In this document: piece by piece, positions 53,747 through 64,000 of the stretch
Layout of the letters: each line of letters begins with the position of its first letter
How positions within the stretch are numbered: position 1 is the first letter of the stretch
Assembly: GCF_006345805.1 (NCBI RefSeq)
Contig: NC_043011.1
Location: 3,038,001-3,102,000, forward strand
Length of the DNA stretch: 64,000 nucleotides
Direction: 5' to 3'
Source of the DNA: Octopus sinensis
Lineage: Eukaryota
The notes under the pieces: generated by a model
Databases searched by the model: none
Told to the model about the DNA's origin: nothing
The model's input: only the letters and a program-made list of their open reading frames with translations
Position numbers and translations under genes: made by a program

Positions 53747-55317
53747 CATATTTAAATGGCTTTGATGTGTGTAGTTCCAAAATAGCAAAAGTGTTAATCA
53801 ATATTGGTTATGTGAAAAGATGCAGCATCACTGGGGAGTCTGTGTGAAGTGAAGAAAGTGTAATATTTTGCTTCATAATTCATATCTTGAAAGTCACTTG
53901 AAGTCTCTGTGACTTATATGTTATAGTAAAAACTATTTTTCTGATGGGATGATGGAAGCCATTGCATTAATGATGTTTTACAAGTTGCACAATACATGCA
54001 ATATAACTAGCTGTGAACTTGTGACTTCTGGCTCCAATTATCTCTTTTCTCTACTCTTCAGAACTATGGCTCACACTTTTAAAATAAAAAGACAAAAACG
54101 TGAAAGCCTCCAACACCCTTCTCCACCTTATTTTCTTAATTTTATCAAGATTTTTTATATTTATTTATTAATTTTTGTGTGTCACTTTCCAGAGAAGGGT
54201 AAAAGAAGTAATCAATACTAGTGAAGTGAAAAAGATGAAAGAAAACAGTTTTTTATAACATTGCAGGGAAGTTTGTGTGATATGTTGGCAAAAGAGTGTT
54301 TTCCTTAATAAGACATAATGTCTCGAAAGTCACCTCAACCAGCCGTGAATTATTGTGTGTTTTTGTGAAGAGATGGAAATTTACGATTGTATTTTCTCAA
54401 GTATTAATAGCTTAATTGCAGACCTCATTCCTTCTAGTTCCAAAGTAATTGGTTGTGGAGCCATAATACTTTGAATAAGAAACGTTACTTTTGTTTGATA
54501 ATCTAGACTTCATTGTGCAAAAACCACAAAGATAAAATTAAATGAAACACAAAATATCAACAGAAAAGTCGTTTATTATTTTAGCAATATTTGTTATAAA
54601 TATTTATCGGTGAGCTTAGATTAGTAATATATTGGTTTTATTATTTTCCTGTTAATTTTTGTTCTGTTTTTTATATATTTTTACTGCTTTCCCCACTTTT
54701 CCTACTATATTTGCTGAGAGACTGAATTTTTACATTTCTACTGCAGTCAGTAAGAGGAACTTTTGATGAAACTACAACAGAAAAAAGATGCTTTCAAAGT
54801 ATATGAATGAATAAATACCTTCACTATTCAATAATTGCAATGTCTGAGCTATTTGTGAGCTACATCAAGGCGCCTAGAGGTTTCCTATTTAAAATCCAGT
54901 CTTTATTACACATTAAGATCTGTTATTACGTTGAGAAAATGGTTTGGCTAATGACATACTTTGCTGAGTTAAATTGTAGTTGGACCAGAGCTTGAAAAAA
55001 TATAATCATAGGATAAACATTTTAACAATAAATACAGTGCTTTAGAAATGATAACACAGGATATTTAAATGTAGCCTATTGGATTCAGTGCCATGTTTGA
55101 AATTGACTATATGAACACACACAAACACACATGCACACACACACAAAAACACACACACACAAACACACATGCACACATGCACACACACACACATATGTAT
55201 ATATAATCATCATCATCATCATCATCATCCACAGCATCAGCAACCAGACCATCATTTAACATACATACATACATACATACATACACACATACATGCATAC
55301 CTGCTCATATATATTTA

Positions 55318-55348
<31 letters not shown>

Positions 55349-55349
55349 G

Positions 55350-55588
55350 AGGTGGCAAACTGGCGGAATTGTTAGCATGCCAGGCAAAATGCTCAGCAAT
55401 ATTTCATCCATCTTTATATTCTGAGTTCAGATTCTGTGGAGGTTGACTTTGCCTTTCATCCTTTTTTTTTGGGGTGGGGGCCGATAAATTAAGTACCAGT
55501 AAAACTCTGGGGTCAATGTAATTGACTAGTCCCCTCCTCCGAAATTTCAGGACTTGTGCCTTTAGTAGAAAGGATTATTATTATTATT
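55350..55588 (+). mobile_element. SINE family C
   Basis: ggtggcaaactggcggaattgttagc..ttctgagttcag..gataaattaagtaccag, with a (TAT)n tail. Confidence 0.8.
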
Positions 55589-55616
55589 AAAAGCTTGTAG
55601 TCCAGCACAATGCACA

Positions 55617-55874
55617 TACATACATATGTACACACGTAAGTACATACATACATACATACATTCATACATACATACATTCATACATACATACATACATACA
55701 TACATACATACATACATACATGCATGCATGCATAAATACATACATACATGCATGCATGCATACATACATACATACATACATGCATACATAAATACATACA
55801 TACATACATACATACATACATACATACATACATACATACATACATACATACATACATACATACATACATACATG

Positions 55875-55906
<32 letters not shown>

Positions 55907-55910
55907 CATA
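55617..55910. repeat. (ATAC)n microsatellite with ATGC variants
   Basis: Directly visible. Confidence 0.95.
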
Positions 55911-56399
55911 AACCCCTTGTCATTCATGTTAAGGAAGTCTGAAGGATATCTCATTGGTTCACAAGGAAACAGAAATACCAGAATTACATAGTTTCTTTGA
56001 GGATGACTTAAAAACTTTATGCAAAGAATATGCATGAGATGGAAAAGATCCTTGACCTAGTCACAACATACTCAAAGAATGTAGGGTTAGAGTTTTGTCA
56101 GGTTAAATGTTGTTATATGGTTGTGAAAAGGGGGGAAACTATAAACCAGACTAGTAACATCTCCATCAATGATTTTAACTGTTTCCCCCGTATTTGATGA
56201 GGAATGTAACAGGTATCTAGGGGTGGATGAAAATATATCTTACAGTGGCACCTGCATGTGTATATATATATATATATATATTGACATATATAGATAAATA
56301 AAGAAATTGAGTTAAACACAGGTTTTATTCAAATCTTTATACTTCTGACTTATGTTTCAAAGAAAACATATATATATATACATATATATATATTACTAG

Positions 56400-56676
56400 A
56401 ACAGGGTGCCACTGCATAGTGCCAAGGACTCCAAATTTACCATCAAGATATAAGACAAGGTACTGCAACATCTTGGGCTTTAGAGGACTACAATTCTTCA
56501 ATATACTCCTGAAGGTGTTTTCAGAGGGAAACTGGACCTCTTACTTTCAAGTGTCCCAAATGGACCAACTTCACTGCAGGAAGTGCAGATGAGGGCAGTG
56601 GCATCAAACTCCCTCATGCACCAAATGTCAATTTCTACAAAGAATTAGTGCTGTAAAATTATGTAGCAACACCATT

Positions 56677-56680
<4 letters not shown>
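56400..56680 (+). mobile_element. CR1/L2-like LINE ORF2 C-terminal fragment
   Basis: Reads approximately RTRYCNILGFRGLQFFNILL..FRGKLDLLLSSVP, a typical CR1-group C-terminus. Confidence 0.6.
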
Positions 56681-56725
<45 letters not shown>

Positions 56726-56726
<1 letters not shown>

Positions 56727-56880
56727 GTTAATCCAAACATGAAAACACAAAGAGAAAACACAACGCGAGGACATGGAACAAGTATAGTGTTATTGAACGC
56801 TCAGGAAGGGAAAGAAAGAAGGAGGATTTAACGTTTCAAGCGGAGCTCTTCATCAGAAACATAGGAAAAGGAAAGATCAG
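56726..56880 (-). mobile_element. Family H1 hammerhead element, copy 1 of the tandem pair
   Basis: Minus 56827-56860: GTTT CTGATGA A GAGC TCC GCTT GAAA CGTT AAAT. Confidence 0.78.
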
Positions 56881-56954
56881 GTATGTACATATATGTATGT
56901 ATATATGCATATATTTACATATTATTTATATTATATATATATATATATATATAA

Positions 56955-57157
56955 AGTTAATCGAAACATGAAAACACAACAATGCGAGGACGTGGAACAA
57001 GTATAGTGTTATTGGACGCTCAGGAAAGGAAAGGAAAGAAGGAGGATTTAACGTTTCGAGCAGAGCTCTTCGTCAGAAGCATAGGAAAAGGAAAGATCCA
57101 AGGAAGGGAAGACGGAGGAAAAAAATCGTCAACAGTACACACGCGGTCACATTTTGA
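56955..57157 (-). mobile_element. Family H1 hammerhead element, copy 2 of the tandem pair
   Basis: Minus 57047-57080: GCTT CTGACGA A GAGC TCT GCTC GAAA CGTT AAAT. Confidence 0.78.
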
Positions 57158-57185
57158 ATATATATATATATACATACATACATTT

Positions 57186-57229
<44 letters not shown>

Positions 57230-57825
57230 TATATGTGCAGATGAATAATATATATATATTATATATATATATATATATATAATATATATGTGCAGATGAA
57301 TAATTTTCAGTGGGTGTAGCTTGCACTGCACAACCCCCACCTATTTGCCCAAGAAGATTTTTGCCCATGTCACATGAAAATTGACAAAACCAGGAACTTC
57401 GAAGGCCATAGGTTTTATTTCAGAGATTTCCTTCTCCTAGGTTGATTGCCAAACAACGTTAAAGAGTTTCTACCTACCCATGTGGTAAGCTATTCCACTG
57501 ACACTCAAACACTCAATGAAGTGATCAAATGTTACTCTGGTAACCGATGCGGATTAACTCATTCATACACAAAAACAAAAAACCAGTACGATGTCGGATT
57601 TGCACATATAGATACATAGACAGACAGACAGATAATAGATAAATAGACACTTATTTACATGTATGTGTATGCATTTATGTATGTATAGTAACATTAATGT
57701 AGACTGTTGATTGCTTACTGAGAGCTTTTATCCTCAATGTTTGCACAACCAGAATGAATTTCTCTCACCCAATCTTTCTCCTTTTGTACACATACATACA
57801 TGAGCACACACACACACACATTTTA

Positions 57826-57867
<42 letters not shown>

Positions 57868-58605
57868 CACACATGCATAAATACATCCAGCCTTACATGT
57901 ACACACACATGAAAAAGAAATTTCTCCACTACTAAATCAACAATTTATTTAGATTTGATTTTCAATTAAAACTCTGGTATTTATTTTGCTAATACACTTG
58001 TGATATCTCCAAGAACATTCTTTCTTCAAAATATACTCCTAATCTTATAAAGTTCTTTATCACAGAAATACAGAAGGCATAAATTAATTTCAGAGTACTT
58101 ATCAACTCTGTAACTACATTTTCCTAACATTTCTTGTCATTTGATTTCATTACAGAAGTTACAATTGAGACAGGGATGTCTGATTGAATAGATTATTGGG
58201 TAACCAGCCATGAGTTTACCATTTCTTGTCATGCTATTGGTGGTCTGAAGACTCCTACTTTTCAGTTCGTTCATAATGCTGAGATAAGTTCTTGCTGTAG
58301 ATTTAGACCACTAAAAAAGGTGTCAATTAGTTGCAAGCCAATGAGTATTTATGCTGTTATTGCTAGAAATAACAGTGAAACTCTTGCTGAATTATACAAT
58401 TCTACCCGAGAAAAGAAAATCCATTGGTTAAAGTGGTCTGTGGTGCCCTGTTCCTATGAAAAAGTGCCTGATTGGAACTGATTTAAACAACATATAGCTT
58501 TAATCATGCAAACTTACTTTTAGTTCTATCCCAATGATTACAGAATAAACTAAAATGAAACAAAATCACACACACACACACACACAAAAGATTCTATATT
58601 AATTT

Positions 58606-58806
58606 CCTTTCTACTATAGACATAAGGCCTGAAATTTGGGGTGAGGAGTGGAAAAGTACGTAGATTACATCAGACCCAGCATGCAACTGGTACTTATTTA
58701 ATCAACCCTGAAAGGATAAAAAAGAAAGTCTACCTTGGTAGAATCTGAACATAAAGACAGGACAAAATGTCACTAAGCATTTTAGCCAGTGTGCCAACTT
58801 GCCATC
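58606..58806 (-). mobile_element. SINE family C, degenerate
   Basis: ctggtacttatttaatcaaccctgaaaggat..agtctaccttgg. Confidence 0.65.
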
Positions 58807-58854
58807 TTAAAGAGTATGTATTTATTTCAACAGTGTTCTTTTCTCAGGTAGAAT

Positions 58855-59026
58855 AGGTGCAGGAGTGGCTGTGTGGTAAGTAGCTTGTTAACCAACCACA
58901 TGGTTCCAGATTCAGTCCCACTGCGTGACATCTTGGGCAAGTGTCTTCTGCTATAGCCCCGGGCCGACCAAAGCCTTGTGAGTGGATTTGGGAGGTGGAA
59001 ACTGAAAGAAGCCTGTCGTATATATG

Positions 59027-59061
<35 letters not shown>

Positions 59062-59258
59062 TTGTGCCCCTAGCATTGCTTGAGAACTGATGCCTGTGTG
59101 TTTACATCCCCGTCACTTAGCGGTTCAGCAAAAAAGAGACCAATAGAATAAGTACTGGGCTTACAAAGAATAAGTCCCAGGGTCGATTTGCTCGACTAAA
59201 GGCGGTGCTCCAGCATGGCCGCAGTCAAATGACTGAAACATGTAAAAGAGTAAAAGAG
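58855..59258 (+). mobile_element. SINE family A, full length
   Basis: Aligns with 43534-43920. Tail gtaaaagagtaaaagag. Confidence 0.9.
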
Positions 59259-60841
59259 TGTGGACATACCACCTGTGATGCTTATTTACAAATATGAAAA
59301 TTTGGCCATTGAGTGTTAAGTACCTCGGGCAATGGACACAATGTAATATTGTTGAGGGGAATATGAAACAGTGACCATTCAGTTAAAACTGCAGAAGCAA
59401 CAAACAGAAAAAGAACAATTAGTATGGATTTCATTATTTTTAAAGTATTGCACTGATTGGTTACTATTTATGTCCTTTTCATTGGAAATTAATAAATGAA
59501 TAAATTAAAGCATTTTCTGTCTTATGCGCAAATACTGCACATTTTGAAAGAGACAACTGCTAATTATAGCAATCCGTGTCTTAGCTATTACTTTGTTTTA
59601 ACAACCATAGGGGATTGAATGACAAAGTTAATTAAGATTTGATTTCAATTTAGGACATGCAGAAATGTAATGAAATGCTGCAAGGCATTTTGTCTGTCAC
59701 TCTTATAGGTTTTGCCAAATCCCCACCCTAAAATAAATCAAATATATATGATAAATGAGTTTTTTCTTTTCAGTATTTTCGTGATTTCCTTTAATTTCTT
59801 TAAAATAATTCTATCACTCCTCAAGTTGGTGTAATACATAGATCCACACTGAATAATTAACTAAATCAGTATTACCACCAAGCATTACTCACCGATGTTA
59901 ACAATCTGCTTCTAACAATCTCATTTCATTTGATGGCACACACACTGTCTAAAAAGTGGGGGAAAATACACATACACACACACACAAACACACACACACA
60001 GACTAGGAAATTTACAAAACATGAAAGATAATACATTCTAAAGTGACAATAATGCAAACTGAATTCTGTTTCATTTTCAGAAGTTTACTAAAGAAATTAA
60101 ATTTCAAATACAGACTGAGGATGTATTTTGAAAAGATAACGTTGCCAAAATTCTTAATTAAACCAAATCAAGTTTTAAAAAAAGCTTTCACATTTTTCTG
60201 AAGTAATAGTATAGTTATTCTCTATCCTCTCTTTGATTCATAATGAAAGTATTTTTTATATAATGCTTTAGTTTTGAGTGAGAGCTCACTAAATACTTAT
60301 GAAGGATTTATCAAAATACATATATGAAATGCAAAAATAAGTACCACTAAGTTATGTATGGCAGAATTCTAGTGAAGGTGGATTGATGTAGAAATAGAAG
60401 CCATAGGTTGTTAAGGTGCTAAATGATGGAATATTGTTTTATGGTTCATATTCCTTCATCAGCTTCCTTACTCACTCTATCCAAATTCCCAAAGTAATTC
60501 CTCTCATTCTTCTCCCAACACACCAACATTGATTTTTTTTCCAATGCAAAACCACAAATAGATGCCTGATATTTTGTAATTATACTTTCAGGATGAAAGC
60601 AAGATTGGCTGAATAGATATCATCAGAGGAGCTTCTAATTAATAAGTCAGTACTCTGTATGCCTAACAGGATAAATTGGCACAGTCCTTAGCTTCAAATC
60701 CTGCTAAGGCCTTAGCTTCAATCCCCCCCCCTTCCATTCATGCATGAGCAATAACTATATTGCTACCCAAAGTTATGGATTGGCAGAATTATGAGGATGT
60801 CAAACCAGGTGTGTCTTATGGTATCCATTATTGCTCTATGC

Positions 60842-61226
60842 GGAGGCGCAATGGCTCAGTGGTTAGGGGAGCGGACTCGCAGTCATAGGATCGCGGTTTC
60901 GATTCCCAGACCGGGCGTTGTGAGTGTTTATTGAGCAAATACACCTAAAAGCTCCACGAGGCTCCGGCAGGGGATGGTGGTGATCCCTGCTGTACTCTTT
61001 CACCACAACTTTCTCTCAATCTTACTTCCTGTTTCTGTTGTACCTGTATTTCAAAGGGTTGGCCTTGTCACTCTCTGTGTCACGCTGAATATCCCCGAGA
61101 ACTACGTTGAGATTAAAAGTTGTCTGTGGAGTGCTCAGCCACTTACACGTTAATTTCATGAGCAGGCTGTTCCGTTGATTCGGGTAAACTGGAACCCTCA
61201 TCGTCGTAACCGACGGAGTGCTTCCA
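60842..61226 (+). mobile_element. SINE family B1, full length, 12-bp TSD
   Basis: TSD attgctctatgc at 60830-60841 and 61230-61241. Confidence 0.92.
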
Positions 61227-62287
61227 TCCATTGCTCTATGCTCCCTGATTTCAACATCCTACCTAAACCTCCATTGTAGTGAAGTAGCCTCTTATAGATA
61301 GATTAATAAAGCAGGAAAATAAATAAATAAATATAATAAAAGATACCAGACTCAAAAAAGTTTATACCCTTATAAAGTAGTACCTAATAGATGACTATGA
61401 GGATGATGATATCAACAGATATCATTGTAGCCATGCTGAAACACTAAAACATCTCAAATGGCCTTACAATGAAAATAAGTGGAACAAAGTAAAACCAGGT
61501 TATTTTTCTGTAAGCAAAAGCAGCACTGTAAATTCAACATTCTGCCTCAAATAACTTGTGACTATAGCTTAGAAAGGCAGGGATACTGCCAAGCTGACTG
61601 ACTGCCACTCTCTATTCTATAAAAGGACATTTGAGTTTTAGAAATAATACAAAAAAAGTAAATAAATAAAATAAAACTTATTGATTATAAAGAGGGACAG
61701 AAGATCTTGTGATAGTTTGCCCTGTTAATACAACAGCATTTATTATATGTTTAGAACGGCTACAGAATTCATAGAAAAATAATTTTCAATTACTATATTA
61801 ATTTGAGAGCCAACCATAAAATACATGAATGATTTCTACTTCTCCAGCTCCATATTATATTGCATCTTTGATATGCATTGATCTCCAGTCTATTGATTTC
61901 CAAGTGCTACTGTCTAGCTATACATATTTTGAACAGATGGACCATGTTGCAATTGTTTTTTTACATTTTTTCATACTAAATTTAAGTTTTTTAAAATTCA
62001 GTTTTGGGGACAAACATAACATCTAATACCATTTCCAAACTGATAACTCAGATTCAAACTATGCAACAAAACCATACAACACAAAAATTATTTGGTAATG
62101 TGTATGTATGTATATATACATACATATATATATATCTGCATGTATATATATAAATATATATATGCATGTATATAATATATATATATATGCATGTATGTAT
62201 ATAAATATATATATATATATATGCATGCATATATATATAAATATATATATATATATGCATGTAAATAAATATATATATATATGCATG

Positions 62288-62325
<38 letters not shown>

Positions 62326-62378
62326 AATATATATATAAATATATATATATATATGCATGTATATATATAAATATATAT

Positions 62379-62610
62379 GGTGCAAAAAAAAAACATGAGG
62401 TGAAAGAATAGCAAGGAAGGTGTTTTAGGTTTATGCTCAGGAAAAGTGGAAGAACTCTTTCACATTTTTAGTCTACAGTCTTCTAAAGAAAGGATAGATG
62501 AGACGAGAGAAAAGATGGAGAGAAAAAAAATGTCTGAAATAAATGGTCAAACCACACATACACAGATACATATGAGTACTACCAGATTACTTGAATCCAT
62601 ATATTGTGAC

Positions 62611-62647
<37 letters not shown>

Positions 62648-62932
62648 TATATATAAATATATATATATATATATGCATGTATATATATAAATATATATAT
62701 GGTGCAAAAAAAAAACATGAGGTGAAAGAATAGCAAGGAAGGTGTTTTAGGTTTATGCTCAGGAAAAGTGGAAGAACTCTTTCACATTTTTAGTCTACAG
62801 TCTTCTAAAGAAAGGATAGATGAGACGAGAGAAAAGATGGAGAGAAAAAAAATGTCTGAAATAAATGGTCAAACCACACATACACAGATACATATGAGTA
62901 CTACCAGATTACTTGAATCCATATATTGTGAC

Positions 62933-62970
<38 letters not shown>
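62379..62970 (-). repeat. 322-bp-period tandem duplication containing a decayed H2-type element
   Basis: The unique parts of the two copies look identical (ORFs 62446 and 62768 give the same peptide). The minus strand has a decayed hammerhead core followed by ttcctgagc. Confidence 0.85.
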
Positions 62971-62976
<6 letters not shown>

Positions 62977-63329
62977 ATGATGATGATGATGGTGATGATG
63001 ATAGGCATACATGTTCACTCATGCACAAGCGAAGCATAAATGCGTGCATACACACATATTTGTGCAGAAATATATAGCAAAAGAACAATACGACAATAAT
63101 TAAAACAAGATTTAATTTAAGGAAATATGAAAGATTTCCTGACATGCTTGGGTTGAGTCCTCTATGACAGTTCTTAACCATTTCTCAAACAGTAGTGTTC
63201 CAGTGCAACCAAATACATATTTTGAGACACTTGGTGTTGAAATCGTCAACATTTACAGAATATACTTTTTAAAAGTTCATTGTTAGTTCTTAATTCAAAA
63301 ATTACTAATAATGGTGCTGTTTATATTCT

Positions 63330-64000
63330 GAACCCAGTTATTTTTGCATCATAACTTCTTCACAGAGTTGAATACAACAAAGATTGCTTTGGTTGATTTT
63401 CAAAGAATGCTGAATCTTAGTTCATCTCTGTTCTCTGCATTTTCTGCCTTGTTTTCATGAGGAGGGATTTTATAGTCATTTGGAAGTAATTGTTCTTCCT
63501 CTGTTTTAATTGTTTCACATTCAGTTTTCTTTATCAGAGATTTTTATCCTTTCTTCCGTTCATATTTTAATCTGCTTTTGTTTCTTCCCCATTACATAAA
63601 AAAGATATGGTACTGCAGTTTGGTACCGTTAGAAGGAAAGGTATTTGCTCATCAATTTGTGATTCTGGATATGAAGATATTTTCTTTGCTATCTGCAGGT
63701 GGTGTTCTGCAAACAGATTTAGAGTTCTAATTGTTGTTGCTGTTGCTTTCCATTATTTTCATTTTCCTTGTTTCTGCTTAATCTTTCCAGTTCTTCATGG
63801 CATTCAAGAATAAGGGGACAAACACAACAACGGTGTTTTTATACCTTATAACATCAAACTTGTGCTTTTGTCTTGGTGCCTTCTCCTAGGAACAGTTACA
63901 GTATGGATTAGTAACTCTCGAGTGTCATTAGGACTTGCAAATCTATTTTGACAATTTCTGGCCACATTTTACCTTTCTTTAAGCCTGCTTAAATCAATTC
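63330..64000 (-). mobile_element. Decayed LINE ORF2 remnant (endonuclease-RT linker)
   Basis: Purine-rich minus strand with PRQKHKFDV and a PP..E-like linker, broken by many stops. Confidence 0.5.

Noticed and set aside
63330-64000. Purine-rich minus strand that looks like a host coding exon; also plus ORF 63607..63813
   Set aside because: Stops occur in all minus frames and the motifs fit a decayed LINE. The plus ORF is its antisense shadow.

Overview
AT-rich, microsatellite-saturated eukaryotic DNA. The SINE families, RTE LINEs and (TA)n/(CA)n/(ATAC)n load point to an octopus (coleoid cephalopod) genome; this is inferred, not database-checked. No host protein-coding gene could be identified, and almost all long ORFs are microsatellite translations or transposon remnants, so the window looks intronic or intergenic. 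It holds about 25 tRNA-derived SINE copies in at least 4-5 families (my labels A, B1/B2, C, E, F) and many RTE, CR1-like and probable Dong/R4 LINE fragments. DNA transposons include two decayed mariners, a piggyBac remnant, a Tc1-like element with DD36E spacing, and three MITEs with clean TIR/TSD pairs. The most interesting signal is a set of short elements, mostly embedded in (TA)n, that carry minimal hammerhead-ribozyme motifs. Two of these form a tandem pair with predicted cleavage sites 220 nt apart (56726-57157), a retrozyme-like layout. Several locally templated inverted duplications also occur, including an 82-bp-arm palindrome and an inverted 42-bp junction on a probable Hero retroelement inserted in a mariner. 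A 169-bp duplication flanks a SINE fragment. Family labels and boundaries were assigned by eye.
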